Assembly: GCA_951406725.2 (NCBI GenBank) | Contig: OX597840.1 | Span: 14,384,001-14,448,000, forward strand | Reading direction: 5' to 3' | From: Octopus vulgaris | Lineage: Eukaryota | DNA length: 64,000 nucleotides | In this document: positions 13,560 through 26,678 of the stretch, in pieces | Position numbering within the stretch: position 1 is the stretch's first letter | Layout: each line of letters starts with the position of its first letter | Translations under genes and position numbers: made by a program | The notes under the pieces: model-generated | What the model was told of the DNA's origin: nothing | Database searches by the model: none | What the model saw: only the letters and a program-made list of their open reading frames with translations

Positions 13560-13960
13560 ATCTCAAGTCAACATAAAATATTCTGTGAATTATCTAAATT
13601 GTAGATCAAAGCTATTCACAAAATGCCACCACTTTGACAAGTGCCTGCTAAAAGCTTTGCAAATGTTTTCATTTGCTTTATAACATTTGATATAATGTTA
13701 TACATATTTTTCTATTTTTAATCTATCATGCATTTTCCACAGTGCTCTCCACAATATTTTCCTTCTACTCAGGTATTTCTTTCACATGTTTACTTTCGAC
13801 AACACAATATGTCCCTCGTTTTCTATAACTAAAGATCACCTTCACAACCTGCCTAAGATTCTGTGTTGCTTCTACTCTTTATTTTTCTCAGTATTTTCCA
13901 TAATTTTCTGACACTTGTATAATCTGTTAGACTAATACCAATTCCCCCAAAACACAACCC
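13560..13960 (-). mobile_element. Highly degenerate LINE RT fragment
   Basis: RKLWKILRK-like string and weak RT-like spacing on the minus strand. Many stops. Confidence 0.25.
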
Positions 13961-14216
13961 ATCTCTATTAGATGTTTCTGAAAATAGCTGGGCCCCTTAC
14001 ACCTACCCTCTGATTAATTTCTCCTGGCCAGAAGCTTTGGCAACTTCATATTCTTTCACTTTTTTTCATCATGGAAGTTGGAAGATATTGTTCTTTTATC
14101 ATTTGATGATTATATGTAAATTAAATTATTTCAAATGCGAAAATATTAGTAATAGTGTATTAATCTATACATCAGCTAAATCTCTATCTCTCTCTCTCCC
14201 TCCTTCTCACTTACTT

Positions 14217-14247
<31 letters not shown>

Positions 14248-14248
14248 A

Positions 14249-14304
<56 letters not shown>

Positions 14305-14424
14305 TATGTATATATATATATATGAGTGTATATATATATATATATATATTTACATATATGTATACACACACGTGCACACACACATACATATATATATATA
14401 TTATAAAAATAAATAAATAATAAA

Positions 14425-14672
14425 TGTGCCCTTTTAAAGCCTAGCCAGGCTCATGGGCCCGGTTTCCCAGTTTCAGTGGCATATGTGTTCCCCAGCTGGA
14501 TGGGATGCCAGTCCATCGCAGCGTTACTCATTTTTGCCAGCTGAGTGGACTGGAGCAATGTGAAATGAAGTGTTTTGCTCAAGTACACAATGTGTCACCC
14601 AGTCCAGGAATCGAAACCACAATCTTACGATCATGATGCTGACACCCTAACCACTAAGCCACGTGCCTCCAC
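14425..14672 (-). mobile_element. tRNA-derived SINE family C, tail variant 2
   Basis: Reverse complement gives head 'ggaggcacgtggcttagtggttagggtg', core 'gagcaaaacacttcatttcacattgctccagtccactcagctggcaaaaatgagtaa', tail 'ggctaggctttaaaagggcacatttatt'. Confidence 0.85.
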
Positions 14673-15214
14673 ACACACATATATATATATATATATGAAA
14701 CCTTACACTTATATTGAGCACTCTATTTTTGTTCATGAAAATCCCTTTACTTTGAATATATGTATACATGTCTATATAAGCACACATATGTGCATGTGTG
14801 TGCATTTATACATGTGTGTGCATGTATATATGTGTGTGCATGTATACATGTATGTATGTGTGTGTGTGTGTGTGAATATATCTGCAGTTTTCTAAATGTT
14901 TTGGAAATTGATAAGAGGAAGTTTGCAACATTAGCAGAAACTGGGTGAAGGAGAGACAATGATTGAATAAGAAAAAAAGAGGAGAGTGTGAGGGTGGGGA
15001 GTGGGGGTTAGTGAAAGAGAGGAACGGTGGAGTAGATTCGTGGAGAAAGCCATGGGGTGGGGTGCTGGGTGGTGGGTGAATTAAAGGATTTAAGGATATG
15101 TAATGGAGAATGATGGATCATACACATACATGCATACATACATACATACATACACAGAAAGCATGTACAGAACTAGAAATGTGCATATTCACAAACACAG
15201 ATGTATACATGCAT

Positions 15215-15261
<47 letters not shown>

Positions 15262-15299
15262 GACTATATATATATATATATATACACATATATACATGA

Positions 15300-15342
<43 letters not shown>

Positions 15343-15714
15343 TATACATACACATGCACACAAATACATGTATACATGCATAATACACACACACGCACAA
15401 CAAACAGGCATACATACACACACACTAACATTTGCAGCATATACGCAAATATGTATGGACTTTACACACAATGCTTCCATGTAGACACAAATGTATGACC
15501 AAACACATACCTCAACGCGTATATTGTCATACATGCACATAAGTACGCATGCGGACAAATGTCTGAGCACACACGCACAGATTATTGTCCACGTGTACAC
15601 ATGCACACGGGCATACATGCATGCATAGACACACACACCCACACAGGTCATTGGAGTTTGTAACTAAGAAGTTAGGATATCTCAGGATATAACACAGAGA
15701 GCTTAGGATAAATC

Positions 15715-15717
<3 letters not shown>

Positions 15718-15768
<51 letters not shown>

Positions 15769-16175
15769 CTGAACACAAACACACACACACAACTGAACAT
15801 ACACACACATACAACTAAACACACATGCACACAACTGAACACACACACACACACTGAACATACACACACACGCACACAACTGATCATATACACACACACA
15901 GCTGAACACACACACACACAACTGAACACACACACAACTGAACACACACACAACTGAATACACACACACAACTGAATACACACACACACACACACACTGA
16001 TCATACACACACACACAACTGAACACAAACATACATACACACACACAACTGAATACACACACACTCTGAATGCACACACACACTCTGAACATACACACAC
16101 ACAACTGATCATATACACATACACAACTGAACACACACACGTACACAACTGAACATACACACACACACACACATG
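15718..16175. repeat. Minisatellite of (CA)n spacers punctuated by 'actga(a/t)'
   Basis: About 20 recurrences of cacacaactgaa / cactga. Confidence 0.9.
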
Positions 16176-16349
16176 TGTGCATACTCACATCTATCTACAT
16201 TGTATAGTGAAAGAAAAAGGATATCTTGAGTTGTCTGTTTTTCTATTTTTATCCCAGAAACAGAATCTTTAACATCTCCCCCTCCCCACCCCACCCCATC
16301 CTGGAAACCTAACCCTAACCCAGGCCACCACAGGCATCATGAGACAAAT

Positions 16350-16900
16350 GCCAGATCTATTAGAAACAACAGCCAAATCTTTCTCAAATCACACACTACC
16401 ATCCTTCAAAACAGGAAGGATTTGTTCAGCAATGTAGTTGTATATATAAACCAAAAGGTTGGATGGTCATGGACGGAATATCTTTTGATTATAGTTCTCT
16501 TCTGCTTGATCAGAACTGATTTGAGTCTGGACAACAGCTGTTGCTGCTGCCACCACCAGTTGCCCAACAAACCTCAGACTACTAGAAACAGTAGCCAAAT
16601 CTCCCTTGAATCACAGCCTACTGTCTAAGAAAGAACACGTTACATAATGTGGTCCTATGTTTCCTTCATAGGAAAAGGATGGGCTGGTCATGGCCGGATT
16701 GCCTTTAATCTTTAATTATAGACCTACCTGTTTAATTAGGGCTGAATTGGACCAACACCAACCAGCTTCATAGAAACAGTGACCAAATTTTCCTCAAATT
16801 GCAGCCTATAATCTAAAGAAAGAGGGGATAGCCAAGACTGGAACACTTTTGATCATAGACCTTCTTGATCAGGGCTGACTTAGGGTTAAACTGAAGCAAC
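16350..16900. mobile_element. Three tandem degenerate copies of repeat family F
   Basis: Each unit runs 'tagaaaca..gccaaat.t..ctcaaat' to 'gatcagggctga.tt.gg'. Confidence 0.6.
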
Positions 16901-17349
16901 ATCCCTCCTGAGATACTTCTTAGAAGGTTAATTTTTGCTGGAAGGGTCATGGAAGGGTTATGTATGTCAAAAGGCAGAAATAATTAAGTTTCACCTCCGA
17001 GAAACAAAAAAGTTCCTTTTGATATTTAGCTGTTGTTGTTGTTTAACCCAAGGTCAACTCTGACTCATTGTTGGCAGGTCATCTCTGCTCTGATCCTGCT
17101 GACTCGCATCTCTCTCACTGTCTTCCTCTTCTCATTGTATCCAGCCTCGACACACCACCAAACTCATTGTAAATCACTCCACTCCACTTGTTACCTATGA
17201 CATCGATCTTTTGCACTGCTTTCCCTGGACATACATTCCATCCATGACTCTCACGTTTTCTTGTATACCAATGTTTACATACTACATTGCTCAGTGTGTT
17301 GTTTGAGAGAGATTTGGCTGTAATTTTTAACCAGTCAAACAACAAGCTA

Positions 17350-17625
17350 GAGGCCACTATGTATGATGGGAGGCGGATGAAAATCTGTGAAGCATTGCAT
17401 GAACCTGGTTGACCCTTATTCACTCCACTCAGACTTCCCTATTTTACAGATCACTCTTCTTCCCCTCCTTCCCCCCATACAGTGTCCACCTCACATACCC
17501 CACTACACCCAGTCCTTCTTCCCCAGAATGTCCTCCTGGAATACCTACCCTAGACAAGTCTTTCCTGCAGCTCTTGACTTGCAAACATTCAAGATGTTAA
17601 CCACGTTATTGTCACCAGTGTTGAA
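17350..17625 (+). mobile_element. CR1/Jockey-group LINE ORF2 3' end remnant
   Basis: ORF 17387-17671 contains HYTQSFFPRMSSWNTYPRQVFPAALDLQTFK, matching the SFFPRT..WN.LP..VFP...L..FK LINE C-terminal signature. Confidence 0.75.
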
Positions 17626-17744
17626 GAGGCATCTGGGAAGGCCACGGGAACAGTTCCTTCTCCCACACTAAACCAATGATACTACCAAATATCTTATGAT
17701 ATTTCATTGCACCCCTTTAGTTTCTGTGTTCAAATAAGATATCA

Positions 17745-18160
17745 TCATCACCACCATGTAATGTCTATTTTCCATGCTAGCATGGGTTGGATGGTTTGAC
17801 AGGAACTGGTCAACTCCCCTGCTGGCCAGGCACCATTTGTCTGCTTTGGCCTGGCTTCTATGGCTGGTTGCCCTTCCTAATGCCAACCACTTTACAGTGT
17901 GTGCTGTGTGCATTTTACATGGTACTACTACAAGTCCCCCTTCCCCATACTTCTCAGTGGCACAAGTGCTTTTAATGTGGCACAGGTACAGGTGCTGTTC
18001 ACATGGCACTGGCAATGAGTACATCTTATGTGGCACCAACAGAGGTTCATTTTACTTGGAACTGTCATGAGTGCATTTTATGTGGTGCTGGCATGGGGCA
18101 TGAAGGACTTGCATGAATAATGGCCACAGTTTTACTTAGCTTGAATGGAGATTCGGTTTT
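17745..18160 (-). mobile_element. RTE family B 3' end, old copy with reiterated units
   Basis: 'tttccatgctagcatgggttggatgg', 'tgcccttcctaatgccaaccac', several decayed 'tttta.tgtggcac' units. Confidence 0.7.
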
Positions 18161-19659
18161 CCACTTTATTCTTTGAAATTTGATTAAATAGATACCTTTG
18201 AAAGTCACTGAAATAGGTATTTGCAGACAATATAAGTATTGGGGGTCGATATAATTGACTATGCCATAAATAATGGTGCTCCAGCATAGCCACAATCCAA
18301 TGGTGAAGCCAGTGAAGGAAAATGGAATTACTGTTCTTTTATCTCAACTTAACTCTTCTTTCTGCTTTCAAAGGATTTGATGGAATCAATAACAGATCAA
18401 TACTGAATTCTATACAACATAGCTTTTCTTACATTTCTGGCCTTAGGCTCTTTTTCAGGTGATTCTGTTGGGTGCTCCTCTGTTCATTGAATGGACTGTC
18501 TCCTTTCCCTATTGATTTAATGGACTCTTCCTATGTTGATAGAGTATGTTATTGTACATGGTTTGAGAAAACCACTAAGATTTTCCTTTCATGCATCAAA
18601 GTAATTAGGTGCATCTTGGAAAACATGCCTCAACACATTCAGAGATTATCAATTGCTGTTTGAAGCTTCAAACACACTATTTACAGACCTAAGAATTGCT
18701 ATTCTTTATTAGTCATGTATTACCTTGCACAGAAGTACTTCTGTGATATTCCACTTGTAGCAGTCGCCAAATGATAGTAGACACATTCCTTAATTGTTCT
18801 AATTTAATTAATTCAATTCATTACAATATCCAAACCATTTATGTTGCTATTTTCTAGACCATGTCTATGTCTATCATGGTAGGTAACAAATCAATGTACT
18901 GAATACATTGTACTTGTACCAATTACAGTGGAGACAGTATTTAACTACAACACTACATCTAATTTAACGGATGACTATATTTAAAGACCATCGTGTTGCT
19001 CTTTTCCAAAAACGTGTCTTCGTTTATTCCAATGTATTTACAGAAACAATTGTCTATCATTACGACTACACTAATTACAAAAGGGACAGTGGAAACGTTC
19101 CTTAATTGCCATGATATATTTGAATTGATAACAACATTTACTGTATCTGCTATTGTTTTTCTTGTTCTGTTTTTCTTTTCCTTCTGAGCCCTGCCCACAT
19201 CCAGGCAATTCCTCAATGTGTTTCCAGAAATACTTCCATATCAATTACACTTACTGTAATTACAGATGGAAGAGAAGATCTCCTCCTTAACTGCTCAAGT
19301 CTTTTTACTTCAACAACTAAATTTGATATAATTCTTTACCTTTTCAACTCTGTTCTTCACAACATTATACTTATTTGGTCGCACTGTGTCTGTTATTAGT
19401 CCACTATTGGCAGTTCTGTCATTCAATGTTTCTTGAATTTATGTTCTGCTTCATAGCCTGTCTGTGTGTTTGCACACTAAAGTTCCATCCATTTGGGTTT
19501 TTTTCTTCTTTTTGCATTGTCATTTCCTAACCCAGTTACAGTTCCAAATGAGGTTTTATTTAAGTCTCCATCATTTCTTCTAACCTGTCTATATAATGTC
19601 CCCTTTACCTGTCACTTTTCTATATATATGATAAGAAATCATTGTTGTTATTTATGATA

Positions 19660-19830
19660 GACTTGCAGAATTGTTAGAGCAGCAGTGAAATATCTGGTGG
19701 TATTCCTTCTGGCTCTTTATGGTCCTGAGTTCAAATCATGTCATAGACAACTTTGCTTTTTATTCTTTCAAGTAAAGTACCAGCCAAGAACTGGAATCAG
19801 TGTCATTGACTTTATCCTCACTATACCCCA
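19660..19830 (+). mobile_element. SINE family D, degenerate
   Basis: 'gcagaattgttagagc...tcctgagttcaaatc...aactttgctttt...aagtaccag'. Confidence 0.55.
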
Positions 19831-19860
19831 AAATAGTTTTTCTATAAAAATCCTCATGAT

Positions 19861-20024
19861 AGGTGTAGGAGTGGCTGTGTGGTAAGTAGCTTGCTTACTA
19901 AACCACATGGTTCCAGGTTCAGTCCCACTGCGTGGCACTTTGGGCAAGTGTCTTCTACTATAGCCTCAGGCTGACCAAAGCCTTGTGAGTGGATTTGGTA
20001 GACTGGAACTGAAAGAAGCCCGTC

Positions 20025-20060
<36 letters not shown>

Positions 20061-20248
20061 TTGTTTCCCCAACATCACTTGACAACTGATGCTGGTGTGT
20101 TTACATCCCCATAACTTAGTGGTTCGGCAAAAGAGAGTGATAGAATAAGTACTAGGCTTACAAAGAATAAGCACTGGGGTCGATTTGCTTGACTAAAGGC
20201 AGTGCTCCAGCATGGCCATAGTCAAATGACTGAAACAAGCAAAAGAAT
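19861..20248 (+). mobile_element. SINE family A, full length
   Basis: Head, core, internal microsatellite and tail all present. Confidence 0.95.
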
Positions 20249-21066
20249 ATTCTAAATTAGTTTTTCTATAAAAATCCTCACTATACCCCAAATTAATTAG
20301 TTTTTCTATAAAAATTATTTATATTTTGAAAACAGAAACCATTAGGGAAAAAAAGGTACATTAACAGAGAACTGATGGAAGGAAATTTTTGTGTGAGCAC
20401 TTTCGCTGTTTCAGCTTTTCAAAAACACATAATGTAAAGTAATCCAAATATAAATAATTGTGTTCAACAGCAGTTGTTGCTATTTCCAGTTTAATTTTGA
20501 ATTGAAAATTTTTATAAAATGCTCTTCTCTTGCACTTCAGAATTGTTTATCTTCTTCCTTTCAAATTTCCCATTCACAAAAATATCTGGATGTTCACTAC
20601 ATGGAACATTCCTAACAAATGGCTCTTTTATTTGTTGTTTATGTACCCTGATTCAATCCAATAATTTTGTTCCTGTTTGGCTGATATAATTACCCTATAT
20701 ATATATATCACCTTTTGATGTCTATTTTCTGTGTTGGCTTGGGTTGGATGATTTGACAGCTCTAATGCCTACTTTGGCGCAGTTTCTACAGCTGGATACC
20801 CTCCCCAACATCAACCGTTTACAGAGTGCCTTGGTGATTTTCTTCATGACAACAGCACCAAGGTTGTTATATAACTTGCCAGTCAAAGAAAACCCTCCTT
20901 GACATCATGGTTGTAGTAGAGAGGGAGGTGGCTTTACACGTGGTAGTGAGAGGCTAAAGTATGATAGAGGCATAGGTGGCTTGCATTTCATAGTTACCCC
21001 ATATCATGTATTAGTGGAGACGCACACACAAGCAGCAGTACCAAGTTTTATGCATTTTTATTGATA

Positions 21067-21444
21067 TCTTTATAGATAATACTGTAGTTGTGTGAGTGTC
21101 TGTCCCCTTCGATTTAGATTCCTAACTACTCCCACATTTTGCGATGCAGTTTAACCAAAACCGGGTATCTTATAGATTCATATCGAGCCCTTCTGGGTAT
21201 TAGCGCTTGTCTACGATGAGTCTACGATTTTAAAAATAATTTACCATCATTTTTTTCCATCTTCATGCATATTTTTTTAAAGGGAAGTAACTCTCTAAAA
21301 ATGTCTACGATGAGTCAACGATTTTTTAAAAAAATTACCATCATATTTTTTCCATTTTTAATGCATTTTTTGGCTATTACTCTCTAAAAATGCTGTATAG
21401 TTATTTCCCTTACAAACCCAAGCAACGCCGGGTGATACTGCCAG
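21067..21444 (+). mobile_element. Non-autonomous Helitron-like element
   Basis: 5' A|TC start, subterminal GC-rich hairpin 'cccaagcaacgccggg', 3' end 'ctgccag|t' (CTRR-like), internal direct repeat 'tgtctacgatgagtc.acgatttt'. Confidence 0.65.
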
Positions 21445-21949
21445 TTTAAAATAAATCCTTTCCCAAGAATTCTCTGTATGTTTAATAATTTTGAAAGTTT
21501 CTCACAATCTTTAGAAAATGTTAATTAACATCTGTCTCGAACCAGCTTCGTTTTGAGAAGGAATCATAGAATATTGTATTGCCACTGACACTGATGTTCC
21601 TCTTGAAAAATTATGTCACCATTTGTAATTTCAGTGATGTATGTACAAAACTGTGGCCTACAACTTGTTTCACATCTATAGAGACATACATACTTGCATA
21701 TATACATACGTACATGTACACATGCATACATACATGCATATATACATACATACATACATATATACACACACTTATACAAAAGTACATACATACATTCATA
21801 CATATATACAAATACACACACATACACTTACATACATACAAATACACACACATACACTTACATCGATCCATACAAATACACACACATACGTATACACACA
21901 CACATACATACAGACATACATACACACATACACACACACACACACACAC

Positions 21950-22191
21950 GTACAAGTACCACTAAGTATCTACTGCTTAATAGGCAGAAAACGTTGACAG
22001 ACATCAAGTGTAGGCTGTGCAAGACAGAAAACATCAACCTCATTATTGCCAACTGCAAGAGAATGTCTTCCAGATATCATCTTCCCATGGGGGATGACGC
22101 AGTGGCCAGGACAGTCTGGAACAGAATAGAAGAAAAAAAACAAATATCTACAGACAAAGTTGACTATTCTGAGATGAATGGGTGAAAATAA
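21950..22191 (+). mobile_element. R4/Dong-type (RLE) LINE remnant, zinc-knuckle region
   Basis: TTKYLLLNRQKTLTDIKCRLCKTENINLIIANCKRMSSRYHLPMGDDAVARTVW, a degenerate CxxC..H..C knuckle followed by an RHD-like motif. Confidence 0.8.
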
Positions 22192-22699
22192 TTTCTTCTT
22201 CTTCTTCTTCTTCTTCTTCTTCTACTCCTCCTCCTCCTCCTCCTCCTCATTATTATTAATCCTTTTGCCCTTTGTGGACCATAGGGCCTTAATAGTTGTT
22301 TTCCACTTTTTGCAGTCGTTGGCGTGTTTCTTGGCTGCTTCCCATGTCAGGCTGGTGGTCCGGAGCTCATCCAAAATGCTCTGCTTCCATGTCAGCTTCA
22401 AGCACCCTCAATTCCTATTCCCCTGCGGGTTCCAGTCAAATGCTTGTTGTGTCACATTTGAGGGTTCTTTCCGCAGTATGTGTCCAATCCATCTCCATAT
22501 CCTTCGTCTAGTCTGAACATGTATGTGCTTCTGGTTGGCCCTTTCCCACAGGTTGGTGTTTGGCACTCTGTCGAACCACTTCATACGGAGGATCTGCTGG
22601 AGACATTTGTTGATGAAGGTCTGGACCTTTCTTGTAGTTGCTGCAGGTGGCTCTCCATGCTTCAGAGCCATACAAAAGCACAAATTTTACGTTTGAACT
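22192..22699 (-). mobile_element. RTE-clade LINE 3' end (second RTE family) nested in the R4/Dong remnant
   Basis: KVQTFINKCLQQILRMKWFDRVPNTNLWER...RRRIWRWIGHILRK...AFDWNPQG, with a (GAG)n(AAG)n tail and candidate TSD aaataa at 22186-22191 / 22700-22705. Confidence 0.9.
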
Positions 22700-23120
22700 A
22701 AATAAGTGGAGTTTAGTTCAAGTTGAGATGGCAAGGAACTTGGACTTCCATATCAGAAAAAAAATCTGTGAAACTTAAAAATTAAATCAGCTATTAAGCT
22801 GAAACACAACTGGCCAGATATTGCTGTTTGGACCACAAAAATAAATATGTTTTGTTGTGGAAATAAACTGCCCTCTGGATACCAATGTGGTTAGAAAAAT
22901 ACAAGAGACAGAAGACATCTATGGACTATTGATAAGGAGTTTGCAATTCCTGTACCCAAGATATACTTTCAGGTTCATTCCTATTATTACTTAACCAACA
23001 GGATACAGCCCATCTGGAGCAAAGTGTGGCTGAGCTTGGAATCTTGGGAAGAGAACACAAATCATACACTCCAAATGATTGTGATATCTGGGACTATAAC
23101 AATCTGTAAGAACTTAAGAT
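22700..23120 (+). mobile_element. R4/Dong-type LINE remnant, restriction-like endonuclease region
   Basis: Across frameshifts: KLKHNWPDIAVW...FVVEINCPLDTNVVRKIQETEDIYGLLIRSLQFLYPRYTFRFIPIIT, a PD-(D/E)xK RLE signature. Confidence 0.8.
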
Positions 23121-23454
23121 GTAGAGGATGAAAGAGAAGGCAAAATGCTTTCTTTCACAACTTTGCTACCAAGGAGGTGTATGTATGTATGTATATTGGT
23201 GAGGTTGTTGTTTTGCTTCCAAATATATTTAAGATCCAGCAAACCCCTGATAAAAGTTGTTCTGGACAATCAGATATAATGTATATGTGCTCTTATATTA
23301 AGATGATTTGAGGGGAATTTTGGTGTTATTTTTATCAAGCTCAATGCCCACATTTTTGGGAGCATTTTCTGGATTTTATTTTAATCTTCATATTTATTGA
23401 TTTCATAATTGATTGTTAGAATACAAAACAATTGAGAGATGTGTGTTTGTGTGT

Positions 23455-23768
23455 AGGGAAGGCACATGGCATAATGGTTAAGGTATTTTACTCATGATCA
23501 TGAGGTCGATTTCAAATCCTAGTGGCCTTGAGCAGGACACTTTATTCCACATTGCTCCAGTTCACTCAGCTGGCAAAAATGAGTAGTACCTGTATTTCAA
23601 AGGACCAGCCTTGTCACATCCTGTGTCAGTCTGAATCTCCCTGAAAACTACATTAAGAGTACATATGTCTGTGGAGTACTCAGCCACTTGCACATTGATT
23701 TCATGAGCAGGCTGTTCCATTGATCAGATCAACCGGAACCCTTGTCATCATAACTGATGGCGTGCCAG
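23455..23768 (+). mobile_element. SINE family C, tail variant 3
   Basis: tRNA-like head and the shared core 'ttgagcaggacactttattccacattgctccagttcactcagctggcaaaaatgagta', followed by a distinct tail. Confidence 0.8.
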
Positions 23769-23832
23769 TAGTAGTAGTAGTCATCATTATCATCATCACC
23801 ATCATCATCATCTAATGTCCATCTTCGATGCA

Positions 23833-24178
23833 TTCTTTTATTCTTTTACATGTTTCAGTCATATGACTATAGCCATGCTGGAGCACTGCCTTGAAGGGTT
23901 ATAGTCGAAGAAATCGACCCCAGGAGTTATTCTTTGTAAGCCTAGTATTTATTTTATCGGTCTCTTTCGCTGAACAACTAAGTTACAGGAAAGTAAACAC
24001 AGCAACATCAGTTATCAAGCAATGGTAGCAGGAAGTGGGATGGGGCAAACACAGACACATAAATATATATATCTACATATATATATATAATGGGTTGTTT
24101 TCAGTTTCCATCTACCAAATCCACTCATGAGGCATTGGTCGGCCTGGGGCTATAGTAGAAGACACTTGCCCAAGGTGC
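23833..24178 (-). mobile_element. SINE family A, 5'-truncated
   Basis: Reverse complement of the family-A body. Abuts the next copy head-to-head. Confidence 0.9.
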
Positions 24179-24338
24179 AGGAGTGGCTGTGTGGTAAGTA
24201 GCTTGCTTACCAACCACATGGTTTTGGGTTCAGTCCGACTGCATGGCACCTTGGGTGAGTGTCTTCTACGATAGACTCAGGCCAACCAATGCCTTGTGAG
24301 TGGATTTGGTAGACGGAAACTGAAAGAGGCCCGTTGTG

Positions 24339-24372
<34 letters not shown>

Positions 24373-24583
24373 GTGTATATGTTTGTCCCCACTGACATCA
24401 CTTGACAACCGATCTTGATGCATTTACGTCCCCATAACTTAGCGGTTCAACAAAAACAATTGATAGAATAAGTACTAGGCCTACAAAGAATAAGTCCTGG
24501 GGTTGATTTGTTTGACTAAAGGTTGTGCTCTAGTATGGCCACCATCAAATGCCTGAAACAAGTAAAAAGATAGAAGAATAAAA
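24173..24583 (+). mobile_element. SINE family A, full length
   Basis: Head, core, (TG)n tract and tail. Confidence 0.95.
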
Positions 24584-25129
24584 GGGTTTATAGATTCTGA
24601 TATTAGACTATTTTCTGCAGTCATGGCTGAAAAGCTTAAGTTTATAATTATATTTACAAAATTTTCACTTGTCACTGTTTCTTTACATACACAGAATACA
24701 TTTATATATTTATATATATATGTGTGTGTGTGTATCTGTTTATGTTTGTATATACATATACATGTGTAATGACAAACACACACACATATAAAGAGAGAAA
24801 GAGAGACAATGTAACACTTAAACATTATTATTTTCACAAATATTTCAGGAAATCATCTCCGCTCATTTTCTCTTTCCATTTGATTAAGAAAGAAAAGTTT
24901 AAATTACATTTCCATTCTCTTCCAATCCTTGTTTGTCATTTGAATGAGTTGTAATTATTCAAATTATTCAACTGCAAGTTAAAATATTTCAAATGGAATT
25001 AGAGAAATATGAAGAGATGAAATAAATGTCCTGCATCTTTATTTTGTTGGCAAGATTTCAATTCAGATTCATTTCATTGCAAGACATTGTTTTCTATCAA
25101 AGCTACACATTTGTGGGAGAAGCAAGCAG

Positions 25130-25705
25130 TGAAGAGAATTAAATCAGCTCCAGTACTTCATTGGTACTCTATATTATTGACCTTGGAGGGATGGATGACA
25201 AAATTGTTCTCAGCATGAATTGAACTTGGAATGTGAAGATCTAAAACAAACTCTTTCAGGCATTTTATCTGACTCTGCCAATCCAAGATATTGGTTTGAA
25301 ATTTTGATACATGGCCAACAAGTTTGGAGGAGGAGTTAAGTCATCTCCATCAACCTCAGTATTCAGCTGGTATTTATTTTATTGATCCCCTAAAGGACAA
25401 AAAGCAAAGTCAATTTTGGTGGAATTCGAATTCTGAACATAAGGTGTGACAAAATACCATTAAGCATTTCGCCCGGCATGCTAACGATTCTTTTCTAATA
25501 CAGGCCCAAGGCCTGAAATTTGTGGGGAGGGGATTAGTCGATTACATCTACCCCAGTGTTTCACTGGTACTTAATTTATTGACCCTGAAAGGATGAAAAG
25601 CAAAGTTGACCCTGGTGACATTTGAACTCGGAACATGCAGTCAAGTGAAATACTGCTTAAGCATTTCTCCCGCCATGCTAATGATTCTGCCAGCTTTCTG
25701 CTTTA
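25130..25705 (-). mobile_element. Three tandem copies of SINE family D
   Basis: Each carries 'ggtact..ttt.attgacc..aaaggatgaaaggcaaagt.gac'-like core and 'ctaagcatttc.cccg.catgctaa.gattct'. The core resembles a Nin/Deu-type conserved SINE domain (inference). Confidence 0.8.
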
Positions 25706-26121
25706 ACTAGTTTCAAGATATTATTTCTGTATTTTTCTCCCTGTTTTTAGAGTTGGGAGGCAGCGAGTTACCAGAGTCGGTAGAGCATCAGATAAAATGT
25801 TTGATGGTATTTGTCCTGGGTTCAGTCCCACTGTGTGGCACCTTAGGCAAGTGTCTTCTACCAAAGCCTTTTGAGTAGATTTAGTAGACAGAAACCGAAA
25901 GAAGCCTGTTGTGTTTATATATATATATACACACACACATACACACACAAGTGAGTGGACAAATGAAAGAAGAGCACTCAATGCATTTATTGGGGGTTAC
26001 ATGTATGGAGCAAAACAGTTGGATGTCATGTTTATCCTCAGCCATTCACATTTCCAATGGCTGGGGATAAGTATCACACTTTGAAACTTCAAGCACCGAA
26101 TTTGAATCAAACTATTTTGAT

Positions 26122-26155
<34 letters not shown>

Positions 26156-26312
26156 CATCATCATCATCGTTTAACGTCCGCTTTCCATGCTAGCATGGGT
26201 TGGACGGTTCAACTGGGGTCTGGGAAGCCCGAAGCCTGCACCAGGCCAGTCAGATGTGGCAGTGTTTCTACAGCTGGATGCCCTTCCTAACGCCAACCAC
26301 TCCGAGAGTGTA
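26156..26312 (-). mobile_element. RTE family B 3' end, young
   Basis: Near-identical to 44882-45045. Confidence 0.9.
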
Positions 26313-26359
26313 GGGTATATATATATATATATATATACACATATGCATGTATGTATATG

Positions 26360-26625
26360 CAGTGGTAGACCAGCTTGCGTAATGGCAAGTGGGCCCCTGT
26401 GCCATTAGAATCTATATATGGGGTCCCATGTTGGTATCCCCAAGTTTGTGAATTTTTTATTCACACCCAGAAGAATGCATTAATTATTTCAGCCTGGCTA
26501 TGTTTGTAGACAGTTGAAATGAATACTTTTTAACAAAAAAAAAAAAAAAACTAAATGATAGCATTGTTGTTACGGGTGCCCCCTCTTAGTTTTGGCAACC
26601 AGTATTTTTAGACCTAGTCTGCCAC

Positions 26626-26627
<2 letters not shown>
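26360..26627. mobile_element. MITE with CAGTGG-type TIRs (hAT-like)
   Basis: cagtggtagaccag ... ctagtctgccactg (12/14 inverted match), inserted in a microsatellite. Confidence 0.6.
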
Positions 26628-26674
<47 letters not shown>

Positions 26675-26678
26675 GTAT

